A stretch of DNA of 64,000 nucleotides from Candidatus Latescibacterota bacterium (GTDB taxonomy: Bacteria; Latescibacterota; UBA2968; UBA8231). Under the pieces are notes generated by a model. That model worked only from the letters and a program-made list of their open reading frames with translations, was not told the origin of the DNA and made no database searches. The number at the start of each line of letters is the position of its first letter. Position 1 is the first letter of the stretch. Positions 1 to 9,635 of the stretch are shown piece by piece. A program made the position numbers and the translations under genes. Location of the stretch: the NCBI GenBank assembly GCA_965248355.1, contig OZ252098.1, positions 2,272,001 through 2,336,000 on the forward strand, read 5' to 3'.

Positions 1-380
1 TCGAGGCGGGCGATGTAGTGGCCCCACTGGCGGTAGGCGCGCACCAGGGCGATCACGTCCCTGTCGCAGCGTTCCGGGTGCTCGGCGGGCTCGACGACGG
101 CCGGCGCCGACGCGGGCTCGGGCGGCAGCGGGACAGGCTCGGGCGGCAGCGGGACGGGCTCGGGCGCCTGCGCGGCGGGCTCCGGAGCGCGGCTCGTGGG
201 CGGCGCCGCAGGGGTGGAGTCCTCTCCCTCGTCCTCTTCCTCGGCCCGCAGGTACCCGTAGTCGAACCCTCGGAAGAAGGTGGCCCACTCCGGCTCCACC
301 GAGGCGGGGTCCGCCAGGTAGCGCTGGTAGAGGGCCTCGAGGTAGGCGGCGTTGGAGCTGTTCAGGTCGATGGGAGGCAT
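1..380 (-). CDS. sucA: 2-oxoglutarate dehydrogenase E1, N-terminal part (runs off the window)
   Basis: Not in the ORF track. Manual minus-strand translation from ATG at 380 gives MPPIDLNSSNAAYLEALYQRYLADPASVEPEWATFFRGF...VIALVRAYRQWGHYIARL, the typical SucA N-terminus. Confidence 0.9.
   Translation of the reverse strand, partial: MPPIDLNSSNAAYLEALYQRYLADPASVEPEWATFFRGFDYGYLRAEEEDEGEDSTPAAPPTSRAPEPAAQAPEPVPLPPEPVPLPPEPASAPAVVEPAEHPERCDRDVIALVRAYRQWGHYIARL
115..165. repeat. 21-bp tandem repeat (~2.5 copies) in the SucA Pro-rich linker
   Basis: Unit ggctcgggcggcagcgggac(a/g) repeated; encodes PEPVPLP. Confidence 0.85.
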
Positions 381-560
381 GGCCGGTGAAGATCGTTTCG
401 CGCGGGGCTCGCGACGAGCGTAACTGCAAGCAGAATCTGGAAGATACTGGGCCGCCGGAATGCGGTAAAGAGCGCTCCTTCCGGCGCCTTGAGCCCATCC
501 GCCGCCCCCCGTAGCTTCTGGGCTCGCCTCCCCCGCCCGCCTCCCCGCCCGGGACCACGG

Positions 561-3500
561 ATGCCGCTGCTGTTCTACGACGGCCCGCCGGCGCTGACCG
601 CCTTCCGGCGCGCGGCCCTGCTCGAGCGCTGCCGCCGCTGCGCCCCCCGGGTGCGCGCCATCGAGGCCCGCTTCCTCTACATGGCCTGGTTCGACGAGCC
701 GCCCGCGGCCGGGGCCGTCCGCCGCCTGGGCGAGGTCCTGGGGGCCGGGGCGCCGCGCGACTCCCTCGATCTCTCGACCTCCTGCCTGCTCGTGACCCCC
801 CGTCCGGGGACGATCTCGCCCTGGTCGAGCAAGGCCACCGACATCGCCGCCAACTGCGCCGTCGCCGTGGACCGCCTCGAGCGCGGGACCCTTTACCTCT
901 TCACGGGCGCCGGCGGCCGGGACCTCGACCCCCTTCGGCCCCTCCTGCACGATCGCATGACTCAAGCCGTGGTCGACGACCCCGAGAGCCTCTTCCGGCG
1001 CCTCGAGCCCCGTCCCCTGCAGACCGTGCCCCTCGTCCGCGACGGGCGCGCGGCCCTGGAGGACGCCGACGCCCGCTGGGGCCTGGCCCTGTCCGCCGAG
1101 GAAATCGACTACCTGGCCGACACCTACCTCCGACTCGGCCGCGACCCCACCGACGTGGAGCTGGTGATGTTCGCCAACGTCAACTCCGAGCACTGCCGGC
1201 ACAAGATCTTCAACGCCTCCTGGGTCGTCGACGGGGTCCCGCAGGAGCGCTCCCTCTTCGACATGATCCGCCACACCCACGCCCGCCACCCCGAGCACAC
1301 GATCAAGGCCTACTCCGACAACTCCGGGGTCATCGAGGGCTTCGCCGCCGAGGTCTTCCGTCCCGACGGGGGCCGCTTTCGATACCGTTACCACGAGAGA
1401 CGGACCCACATCGTGTGCAAGGTGGAGACCCACAACCACCCCACGGCGATCTCCCCCTGGCCCGGGGCCTCCACCGGCGTCGGCGGGGAGATCCGCGACG
1501 AGGGCGCCACCGGCGCCGGCGCCCGCTCCCAGGCGGGGCTGTGCGCGTTCTGCGTCTCCCACCTGCGCATCCCCGGCTGGGAGCAGCCATGGGAGACCGC
1601 CGCGGCCGAGCCACCCGCGCGGCTGGCCACGCCCCTGCAGATCATGACCGAGGGCCCCCTCGGGGGCGCCGCCTTCGGCAACGAGTTCGGCCGGCCCAAC
1701 GTGCTCGGCCTGTTCCGCACCTTCGAGCAGGTCGTCGACGGCCGCCACCGCGGCTATCACAAGCCGATCATGGTCGCCGGCGGCAGCGGCCTCATCGACG
1801 CGGCCCAGGTGGACAAGGCCGGTCCCGAGGCCGGCGACGCGGTGGTCCAGATCGGGGGTCCCGCCCTGCTCATCGGCCTCGGCGGCAGCTACGCCTCCTC
1901 CATGGACACGGGCCGCAACCTCGAGGAGTTGGACTTCGCCTCCGTGCAGCGCGACAACCCCGAGATGCAGCGCCGCTGCCAGGAGCTGATCGACCGTTGC
2001 GCCGCCCTCGGGGACGAGAACCCGATCCGCGCCATCCACGACGTCGGCGCCGGGGGCCTGTCCAACGCCTGCCCCGAGCTGGTGGAGGGCGCCGGCGCCG
2101 TCTTCGACCTGCGCGCCATCCCCAACGACGAGCCGGGCATGAGCCCCATGGAGCTGTGGAGCAACGAGGCCCAGGAGCGCTTCGTGCTCGTCGTCGGCGC
2201 CGGCCGCCTGGAGCGGTTCCGCGAGATCGCCGGCCGCGAGCGCTGCCCCATCGCCGTCATCGGGCGGGTCACCGGCGACGGGCGCCTCACCCTGGAAGAC
2301 CCGCTCTTCGGCAACCGCCCCGTGGACGGGCTGCCCCTCGAGGCCATCCTCGGCAAGCCGCCGCGAATGGTGCGCCGCGTCAGCCGGCGGAAGGGACGCG
2401 GCGGCGACCTCCCCCTCCATGACGTCGATCTCGCCGAGGCGGCCGGGCGCCTGCTGCGCTTCCCGGCGGTGGCCGCCAAGACCTTCCTCATCACCATCGC
2501 CGACCGCACCGTGGGCGGGTCCATCGCCCGCGACCAGATGGTGGGCCGCTGGCAGGTGCCGGTCTCCGACTGCGCCGCCACCCTCACCGGGTTCCGCGGC
2601 CACACGGGCGCCGTCATGGCCATGGGCGAGCGCACCCCGGTGGCGGTGATCGACGGTCCGGCGGCGGCGCGCCTGGCCGTGGCCGAGGCGGTGACCAACC
2701 TCGCCGCGGCGCCGGTGGGCGCCATGGAGAAGGTCAAGCTGTCGGCCAACTGGATGTGCGCCTGCGGCGAGGAAGGGGAGGACGCGGCCCTCTTCGACAC
2801 GGTGCGGGCCGTGGGCCTGGAGTTCTGCCCCGCCCTCGGGGTCTCGATCCCGGTGGGCAAGGACAGCCTCTCCATGCGCGCCGTGTGGAGCGACAGCGCC
2901 GGCGAGGAGCACACGGTGGCGGCGCCCCTGAGCCTGGTGGTCTCCGCCTTCGCGCCGGTCACCGACGTGCGCCGCATCGTCACCCCGGAGCTGAAGCCGG
3001 AGGCGGACACGCGGCTCCTGCTCGTCGATCTCGGCCGCGGCCTCGACCGCCTCGGCGGCTCCTGCCTCGCCCAGGTGTACGGCCGCCTCGGCGAGGAGGT
3101 CCCCGACGTGGAGCCGGCTGACGTGCGCGGACTCTTCACCGCCCTCCAGCGGCTCCTCGCCGAGGGACTCCTGCTGGCCTGCCACGACCGCTCCGACGGG
3201 GGCCTCTTCGTCTGCGCCGCGGAGATGGCCTTCGCCGGAAGGCGGGGCGTGCGCCTGCGCCTGGCCGGCGGGGCCGATCCCCTGCCGGCGCTGTTCAGCG
3301 AGGAGATCGGCGTCCTGATCCAGGTGCGCGCCGCCCATGTGGAGCGCGTGCGGGAGGAGTTCGCCGCCCACGGGCTCGGCGGGTGCGTCCACGACGTGGG
3401 GTCTCCGGTCGAGGCCGACGCCTTCGAGGTCTGCCTGGGGGAGGCGGAGGATCTGATCTACAGGGAGGACCTGGGCGCGCTTCACCAGTCCTGGTCGGAG

Positions 3501-4418
3501 CTGAGCTACCGAATGGCGGACCAGCGCGACGATCCGGACTGCGCCCGCGAGGAGTACGAGGCCCTCGCCGACCGCGCCGACCCCGGGTTGACCTGCCGCG
3601 TCCCCTTCGAGTTCGGCGCCCCCGCCGCCGTCGACTCGCGGCCCCCCGTGGCCATCCTGCGCGAGCAGGGCGTCAACGGCCAGGTGGAGATGGCCGCCGC
3701 CTTCGACGCCGCCGGCTGCCGCTCCGTGGACGTGACCATGACCGACCTGCTCGCCGGGCGAGCCGACTTGGCGGGGTTCGCCGGCCTGGCGGCCTGCGGC
3801 GGCTTCAGCTACGGCGACGTCCTCGGCGCCGGCGCCGGCTGGGCCCGCACCATCCTCTTCCACGACGGCCTGCGCCGGATGTTCGAGGCCTTCTTCGCCC
3901 GGGGGGACACCTTCGCCCTCGGCGTCTGCAACGGCTGCCAGATGCTGTCGCTGCTCTCCGAGCTGATCCCCGGCGCCGAGGGCTGGCCGCGCTTCACGGG
4001 CAACCGCTCCGGCCAGTTCGAGGCCCGGCTGTCGGCCGTGGAGATCCTGCCCTCGACCTCGGTGCTGCTGCGCGGCATGGAAGGCGCCCGCCTGCCCGTG
4101 CCCGTGGCCCACGGCGAGGGCCGCGCCGAGTTCGGGGATCCCGCCGACCTGGGGCGCCTGGCCTCCGGAAGCCGCGTCAGCGCCCGCTTCGTCGACGGCC
4201 GCGGGGCCGTGGCCGCCGCCTATCCGGCCAACCCGAACGGCTCGCCCGAGGGCGTCACCGCCCTGTCCAGCGCCGACGGCCGGGTGACGATCATGATGCC
4301 TCACCCCGAGCGCGTCTTCCGCGTCGTGCAGCTGAGCTGGCGCCCCCCGGAGTGGGAGGACCGCGAGTTCAGCCCCTGGCTCAAGATGTTCGAAAACGCC
4401 AAGGAGTTCGCCTTATGA
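561..4418 (+). CDS. purL: Phosphoribosylformylglycinamidine synthase (large, single-chain type)
   Basis: Motifs NSEHCRHKIFNA, KVETHNHPTAISP, DVGAGGLSN, GGFSYGD, GVCNGCQ, MMPHPER. ATG at 561 preferred over the TTG at 489. Confidence 0.97.
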   Translation: MPLLFYDGPPALTAFRRAALLERCRRCAPRVRAIEARFLYMAWFDEPPAAGAVRRLGEVLGAGAPRDSLDLSTSCLLVTPRPGTISPWSSKATDIAANCAVAVDRLERGTLYLFTGAGGRDLDPLRPLLHDRMTQAVVDDPESLFRRLEPRPLQTVPLVRDGRAALEDADARWGLALSAEEIDYLADTYLRLGRDPTDVELVMFANVNSEHCRHKIFNASWVVDGVPQERSLFDMIRHTHARHPEHTIKAYSDNSGVIEGFAAEVFRPDGGRFRYRYHERRTHIVCKVETHNHPTAISPWPGASTGVGGEIRDEGATGAGARSQAGLCAFCVSHLRIPGWEQPWETAAAEPPARLATPLQIMTEGPLGGAAFGNEFGRPNVLGLFRTFEQVVDGRHRGYHKPIMVAGGSGLIDAAQVDKAGPEAGDAVVQIGGPALLIGLGGSYASSMDTGRNLEELDFASVQRDNPEMQRRCQELIDRCAALGDENPIRAIHDVGAGGLSNACPELVEGAGAVFDLRAIPNDEPGMSPMELWSNEAQERFVLVVGAGRLERFREIAGRERCPIAVIGRVTGDGRLTLEDPLFGNRPVDGLPLEAILGKPPRMVRRVSRRKGRGGDLPLHDVDLAEAAGRLLRFPAVAAKTFLITIADRTVGGSIARDQMVGRWQVPVSDCAATLTGFRGHTGAVMAMGERTPVAVIDGPAAARLAVAEAVTNLAAAPVGAMEKVKLSANWMCACGEEGEDAALFDTVRAVGLEFCPALGVSIPVGKDSLSMRAVWSDSAGEEHTVAAPLSLVVSAFAPVTDVRRIVTPELKPEADTRLLLVDLGRGLDRLGGSCLAQVYGRLGEEVPDVEPADVRGLFTALQRLLAEGLLLACHDRSDGGLFVCAAEMAFAGRRGVRLRLAGGADPLPALFSEEIGVLIQVRAAHVERVREEFAAHGLGGCVHDVGSPVEADAFEVCLGEAEDLIYREDLGALHQSWSELSYRMADQRDDPDCAREEYEALADRADPGLTCRVPFEFGAPAAVDSRPPVAILREQGVNGQVEMAAAFDAAGCRSVDVTMTDLLAGRADLAGFAGLAACGGFSYGDVLGAGAGWARTILFHDGLRRMFEAFFARGDTFALGVCNGCQMLSLLSELIPGAEGWPRFTGNRSGQFEARLSAVEILPSTSVLLRGMEGARLPVPVAHGEGRAEFGDPADLGRLASGSRVSARFVDGRGAVAAAYPANPNGSPEGVTALSSADGRVTIMMPHPERVFRVVQLSWRPPEWEDREFSPWLKMFENAKEFAL

Positions 4419-5398
4419 CCGATTCCATCCGCTGGGGCATCCTGGCCACCGGCCGCATCGCCGGCCAGTTCGCCCGCGGCCTGGCCGATGCCGGCTCCAT
4501 TCTCGCCGCCGTGGGCTCGCGCCGGCAGGAGACGGCCGATGCCTTCGGCGACCAGTTCCAGATCCCGAGGCGCCACGCCTCGTACGAGGCCCTGGCCGCC
4601 GACCCGGAGGTGGACGTGGTCTACGTCTCCTCCCCTCACCCCATGCACTGCGAGAACAGCCTCCTCCTGCTGGAGCACGGCAAGGCGGTCCTGTGCGAGA
4701 AGCCCTTCACCATCAACGCCGGCGAGGCCCGGCGGGTGATCCAGGCGGCGCGCCGGCGGGAGCTGTTCCTCATGGAGGCCATGTGGGCGCGCTTCATCCC
4801 CGCCGTGGCCCGCGCCCGGGAGCTGATCGCCGAGGGCGCCATCGGCGACCCTCGCATGGTGCAGGCCGACTTCGGCTTCCGCGCCGGCGTCAACCCCGAG
4901 GGGCGGCTCTTCAACCTCGACCTCGGGGGCGGCGCCCTGCTCGACATCGGCATCTACGTCCTCTCCCTGGCGAGCATGGTCCTCGGCCCCCATCCGGAGG
5001 ACGTGGCCTCCACCGCCCACCTCGGGGAGACCGGCGTCGACGAGCAGTCGGGGATGCTGCTGCGCTACCCGGGGGGCGAGCTGGCCGTGCTCAGCTGCGC
5101 CGTGCGCACCCGCACCCCGGCCGAGGCGCGCATCTTCGGCACCGAGGGTTCCCTGCTGCTGCACAGCCCCTTCTTCAAGTGCTCGACCCTCACCCTCAAG
5201 CGGGGCGAGGAGGAGGAGCGCCTGGAGCTGCCCGTGGAGGGCAACGGCTACAACTACCAGGCCCTGGAGGTCGAACGCTGCCTGCGCGAGGGGCGGGTGG
5301 AGAGCGAGACCATGCCTCTCGACGAGAGCCTGGCGCTGATGGAGCTGATGGACCGCATGCGGGCCCAGTGGGGGCTCGTCTACCCGACGGAGAGATGA
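4415..5398 (+). CDS. Gfo/Idh/MocA family oxidoreductase
   Basis: MTDSIRWGILATGRIA, VLCEKP, GGGALLDIGIY; ATGA overlap with purL. Confidence 0.9.
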   Translation: MTDSIRWGILATGRIAGQFARGLADAGSILAAVGSRRQETADAFGDQFQIPRRHASYEALAADPEVDVVYVSSPHPMHCENSLLLLEHGKAVLCEKPFTINAGEARRVIQAARRRELFLMEAMWARFIPAVARARELIAEGAIGDPRMVQADFGFRAGVNPEGRLFNLDLGGGALLDIGIYVLSLASMVLGPHPEDVASTAHLGETGVDEQSGMLLRYPGGELAVLSCAVRTRTPAEARIFGTEGSLLLHSPFFKCSTLTLKRGEEEERLELPVEGNGYNYQALEVERCLREGRVESETMPLDESLALMELMDRMRAQWGLVYPTER

Positions 5399-6369
5399 TG
5401 GAATACGGACGGCCGGCCTGGACCGCCAAGAAGGTCTCCCGCATCGTGCAGGGCACGATCATGCTGCGCCAGGATGCGCAGGAAGAGGGCTTCGAGCTCC
5501 TCGACGCCGTGTGGGCCTCGGGCATCAACGCCTTCGACACGGCCGCCCTCTACGGCGGCGGCACCTGCGAGCGCGTCCTCGGACGGTGGCTGGAGGACCG
5601 CGGCCTGCGCGGCCAGGCCTTCGTCCTCGGCAAGAGCTGCCACCACAACTCCGACCGCCGGCGCGTGACCCCCTTCGACATCGCCTCTGACCTGGCCGAC
5701 TCCCTGGCCCGGCAGCGCCACGGGTACCACGACCTTCACTGCCTCCACCGCGACGACCCGCAGGTCCCCGTGGGACCGATCGTCGAGGCCCTCAACGAGC
5801 ACCTCGACGCCGGCCGCATCCGCGCCTTCGGCGGCTCCAACTGGACGACGCCGCGCCTGGAGGAGGCCAACGAGTACGCCGAGGCCCGGGGCCTGCGCGG
5901 CTTCGTCGCCTCGAGCCCCAACTTCAGCCTCGCCGACGAGAAGGAGGCGCCCTGGGAGGGCTGCCTGAGCATCTCCGGCCCGTCGCGGGCGGCGGACCGG
6001 GAGTGGTACGCGGCCCAGCGGATGCCCCTGTTCACCTGGTCGAGCCTGGGCCGGGGATTCTTCTCGGGACTGCTGACCCGGGCCAACGCCGAGTCCCTGC
6101 GCGACGAGGTCGACGCCTCGAGCGTCGCCTCCTACTGGCACGAGGACAACTGGCGGCGCCTCGACCGCGTCCGGCAGCTGGCCGCCGAGAAGGGCTGCCC
6201 CGTGCCCCAGGTGGCCCTCGCCTGGGTGCTGCAGAACCCCGGCCTGGACGTGTACGCCCTCGTCGGCGCCCGCACCGGGGCCGAGTGCCAGGCCAACGCC
6301 GAGGTCTTCGACCTGCCGCTGACGGCGGCGGAGATGGAGTGGCTGGACCTGCGGAGGGAGGAGCGGTGA
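5395..6369 (+). CDS. Aldo/keto reductase
   Basis: GINAFDTAALYG, LHRDDP, FGGSNW, QVALAWVL; ATGA overlap with the previous gene. Confidence 0.9.
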   Translation: MMEYGRPAWTAKKVSRIVQGTIMLRQDAQEEGFELLDAVWASGINAFDTAALYGGGTCERVLGRWLEDRGLRGQAFVLGKSCHHNSDRRRVTPFDIASDLADSLARQRHGYHDLHCLHRDDPQVPVGPIVEALNEHLDAGRIRAFGGSNWTTPRLEEANEYAEARGLRGFVASSPNFSLADEKEAPWEGCLSISGPSRAADREWYAAQRMPLFTWSSLGRGFFSGLLTRANAESLRDEVDASSVASYWHEDNWRRLDRVRQLAAEKGCPVPQVALAWVLQNPGLDVYALVGARTGAECQANAEVFDLPLTAAEMEWLDLRREER

Positions 6370-6473
6370 TCTTCGGGAGCCGGGCGACTGCCTGGACCGC
6401 AGGAGCTACTCGAAGAGTTGTGGACCCAACCCTTCAACCCGTGCTGCCCACTGCTCAGATAGGCTCGATCGGG

Positions 6474-6501
6474 TTGACCGTGGTCTCGGGCACGGTAGAT
6501 T
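6474..6501 (+). promoter_or_regulatory. Putative sigma70 promoter with overlapping palindromic operator
   Basis: TTGACC-N16-TAGATT, overlapped by the inverted repeat ACCGTG-N8-CACGGT, upstream of the low-GC gene pair. Confidence 0.4.
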
Positions 6502-6571
6502 CGGGCTATGTGGACTCTTGGAGTCGACTGCACAAAACAACATATGGCTGCAAAGCCGGAGGGTTCTTGCG

Positions 6572-7024
6572 ATGAGATCTGTCGATATTGCGGTGTCTGG
6601 TCCAGATGAAGAACTCCAGCTTGTCGTCGAAATCAAACACAAGGTTGGGGCCTCTGCCGAGTGGGTCACCCACCTGCGCAGCAACTTGCTGACTCATTCA
6701 TTCATGCCTCCCGCTCCGTTCTTTCTGCTCGTCCTCCCTGATTTTCTCTATCTGTGGACAGACGCCACGCAGATGGATGAGCTGGCAAAGCCTGCCTATA
6801 GAATCGACTCTGACAAAGTACTGGCACCATACCTCAAGTCGAACCAATCCCTGAACGATCTAAGTGGATATGGACTCGGATTGCTTACGACTTCCTGGTT
6901 GAACGACTTGGTCCGTGCAGATCTTCAACGGGACTCGGTAGGCTCGGATTCCCAATGGCTCTTTGACTCAGGGCTGTACGAAGCAATTGCACACGGGTCC
7001 GTCGAGCTTGAAGCGGCCACATGA
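6572..7024 (+). CDS. Hypothetical protein with PD-(D/E)xK-like nuclease motif
   Basis: GGAGG RBS before ATG 6572; VDIAV...LVVEIK; clearly lower GC than the backbone. Confidence 0.6.
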   Translation: MRSVDIAVSGPDEELQLVVEIKHKVGASAEWVTHLRSNLLTHSFMPPAPFFLLVLPDFLYLWTDATQMDELAKPAYRIDSDKVLAPYLKSNQSLNDLSGYGLGLLTTSWLNDLVRADLQRDSVGSDSQWLFDSGLYEAIAHGSVELEAAT

Positions 7025-7620
7025 TTGTGTATGTGGAATCAAACTTCGTCCTTGAGCTTGCTTATCTTCAGGAGGAACATGGCTGCTGCTCGGAACTCTT
7101 ACGCCTATCAGAATCAGGTGACATTGGCTTGGCGTTACCCGCCTTCTGTATTGGAGAACCATATGAATCATGGGTGCGTCGGCGGAAGAAACGAGAACGG
7201 CTACACGGAGAGCTCGTCACGGAAATCGGTGAGCTCTCTCGTTCAAGACCTTACGAAGGGTCCTCCGATGAGTTTCGAGAACTGACCAGCCTATTGACCG
7301 AGAGTGGCGAGCAAGAGAAAGAGCGACTCGATAGGACCCTAGAGAGAATCCTGCAAACCGTTGAAGTGATACCCATCGGTCCGATTGCCAGAAACGCGAT
7401 AAGATTCCAGAAGACTCTCATCCTTTCGCCACAAGACTCGATAGTCTATGCATCGGTTCTCCATCATCTGGCTACAGCTCACGGGGAGGTCTGCTGTTTC
7501 ATCACCAAGAACTCCAAGGATTTCGCGAATCCGGATATCCAGAGCGAGCTGAGGCCCTACAATTGCAGATTGCTGACAAAGTTCGCTGCTGGCTTGCGGT
7601 ATGTCCGTAGCCAATTGTAG
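7021..7620 (+). CDS. PIN-domain protein (DUF4935-like)
   Basis: MIVYVESNFVLE, LSPQDSIVYASVL, FITKNSKDF follow the PIN acidic-motif layout; ATGA overlap with the upstream gene. Confidence 0.75.
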   Translation: MIVYVESNFVLELAYLQEEHGCCSELLRLSESGDIGLALPAFCIGEPYESWVRRRKKRERLHGELVTEIGELSRSRPYEGSSDEFRELTSLLTESGEQEKERLDRTLERILQTVEVIPIGPIARNAIRFQKTLILSPQDSIVYASVLHHLATAHGEVCCFITKNSKDFANPDIQSELRPYNCRLLTKFAAGLRYVRSQL

Positions 7621-7720
7621 ACATGCACACGCCCAGGCCGTTCAAGCCAACTTCATGACTACAGCCGCTGCAGCACTCTCCGTAAGAGCAACGGTCTACC
7701 GACCCGTCGTCTCCGCCCTC

Positions 7721-8005
7721 CCTCACACCACCGCCGCCGACTCCCGCTCCACCTGATCCCAGTCCGGCTCGTGCGGGGACGCGGTCGTTCCAGGCGATGG
7801 ACGTGCCGCGGCAGTCGAGTTCCTCCTCGGGAGGGCGGGGCTCTGACCCCCGGTCTCGAGGAGGGGGATCGTTGGGCACCGCCAGGATGGCGTGGGGATC
7901 GCCGCCGTGGACCTCGACGCCGAAGACCTCGGCGAGCTGGGCCTGCTTGATCTGACCAGTGATGCCACGCCGCGCTGGCAGGCGATGTCCACGGCCTCCA
8001 GGGCC
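7721..8005 (-). pseudogene. Degenerate direct-repeat copy of the 3' end of the enolase-superfamily gene at 19585-20775
   Basis: Aligns by eye to 19583-19891 (GITGQIKQAQLAE.FGVEVHGGDPHAILAVPNDP...EPDWDQVERES.AVV*), with substitutions, 1-bp indels and a 24-bp deletion (19664-19687 missing). Confidence 0.92.
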
Positions 8006-8013
8006 GTGCCGAC

Positions 8014-9630
8014 TCAGGCCGGCACGATCGTCACGTCCACCTCGTCCACGACGATCGGCTCGGGGTCCGGCACCGCGCCGACGTCGACCATCCCGGAGAA
8101 CAGCAGCGTGAGCGTGAGATCGTTGTCGCCGCGCACCACCAGGCCGGGGGTCAGGTCGATGACGACGGTGGTGTGCGGAGGCAGCGTCCGGCCCGCCTGC
8201 GCCGGGCGCCCTTCGCGGTGGTACACGCGGCGAAGTTGCCCGGCCGGAACTTCGGTGCCGTTGAGGTGCACGGCGATCCGGTCGGCCGATCCCAGGCCGA
8301 CCGCGCGCAGGAACAGCGTGGCGCTGGCGGTCTTCTCGACATCTTCGAACAGCCGGAACCGGTAGCTCGCCGACGGGCTGCCCGGCTCGCGCGGCAGGAC
8401 CAGTTTCTGGTCCTTCATCGTGCCGCACACATTGGTGCCGGACGGGCTGATGCCGTGGTAGCCACCCCACATCGAGCGGTAGGTGTAGTGACGGACGCCG
8501 TCGGCCACCCGCTTCGGGTCGCGAGCTTCGCGCAGGAGGCGGAAGGCCGCAGGCCAGCCGGTCTCCGCGCCGCGCTTGCCGGAACGGAACCCGCCCCAGT
8601 GCTTCTGGAAGTTGTAGACCGACATGCCGTCGGCGCCTTCCTGGCGCAGGGCGTGCGCCAGTGCGCGGTACTTCTCCGCCGTCGCCGGCGGACCGAAGCT
8701 CTCGCGCGAGGAGCAGTACGGCTGCACGCCCGGATAGAGCCGGCACGGTGTCCCCGCGGTGACAGCACGGAACTCCTCGTAGTCGGCGTTGAAGTCGGTG
8801 AACGACGAGTCCATGGGAGCGACGAAGTCGACCAGTCCGCCGCCGGTCCACGCGGGCACGTCGAGCCCGACGGCGTGGCAGTCCTCCAGGGTCTCCGGCA
8901 CCAGCACGCCCAGCTCCAGCCGCCGCCCGCGCGCGGCGCCGCGCTCGTCGAGCATGGTGCGCAGCCGCTCGATCAGCTCGGTCATCAGCGGCTGCCGCTC
9001 GCGGGCCAGGCTCCGGTCGCCGCCGGGGGCGGGGAAGTAGAGGCCGTCGCGAAAGGTGAGCAGGACGCCGTCCACGTCGAAGCGCGACACCACCTCGGCG
9101 ACGACCGCGTACAGGTAGTCGCGCACCTCGGGGACCGTGAAGTCCATCCGGTTGCCCGGCAGGAAGGCGCCGCCGGGCGGCACATCGGTGATCTTCCACT
9201 GCGGGTTGCGGTGCAGGAACATGCCGCCCTGGTCCGGAGCGCCGTGGTTGTCGTTGACCCGGAACCCCGCCAGGCAGCGCATGCCCCGCGTCCGGCAGCG
9301 CTCCAGCATCACCTGCAGCGGCATGATGCCGTCGTCCATCATCGGCAGGAACCGGCGGTGCTGCGGGCGCGCGTCGTACTCGAAGCGCTCGGAGCGGAAG
9401 TACATGGTCCAGCCCGCGTTGTAGACCTCCTGCACGAACACGTCGGCGTCGCTGGTGGCCACGTGGTCGATGAACGTGCGGAGCTCTTGCGGCGCGGCCG
9501 GGTGCGAGGTGATCAGCGGCCGGGCGTCGCCCGGGTCGAAGTCGTAGTTGGCCACGTTGGACGGATCGCTGACGTAGACCAGCTCCCAGTCCCGCGGCGG
9601 CCGGGTGTCGGTGGGCGTCACGGCGGGCAT
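8014..9630 (-). CDS. Putative glycoside hydrolase-like TIM-barrel protein (GHL10/DUF187-like) with C-terminal beta domain
   Basis: FRVNDNHG, MDFTVPEVRDY...SRFDVDGV, GADGMSVYNF. Confidence 0.6.
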   Translation of the reverse strand: MPAVTPTDTRPPRDWELVYVSDPSNVANYDFDPGDARPLITSHPAAPQELRTFIDHVATSDADVFVQEVYNAGWTMYFRSERFEYDARPQHRRFLPMMDDGIMPLQVMLERCRTRGMRCLAGFRVNDNHGAPDQGGMFLHRNPQWKITDVPPGGAFLPGNRMDFTVPEVRDYLYAVVAEVVSRFDVDGVLLTFRDGLYFPAPGGDRSLARERQPLMTELIERLRTMLDERGAARGRRLELGVLVPETLEDCHAVGLDVPAWTGGGLVDFVAPMDSSFTDFNADYEEFRAVTAGTPCRLYPGVQPYCSSRESFGPPATAEKYRALAHALRQEGADGMSVYNFQKHWGGFRSGKRGAETGWPAAFRLLREARDPKRVADGVRHYTYRSMWGGYHGISPSGTNVCGTMKDQKLVLPREPGSPSASYRFRLFEDVEKTASATLFLRAVGLGSADRIAVHLNGTEVPAGQLRRVYHREGRPAQAGRTLPPHTTVVIDLTPGLVVRGDNDLTLTLLFSGMVDVGAVPDPEPIVVDEVDVTIVPA

Positions 9631-9635
9631 CTCTC

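Noticed and set aside
18..389. Plus-strand 123-aa ORF
   Set aside because: Antisense shadow of the sucA 5' end on the minus strand.
7721..8005. Diversity-generating retroelement TR/VR pair with 19583-19891
   Set aside because: No reverse transcriptase in the window; differences include indels and are not adenine-specific.
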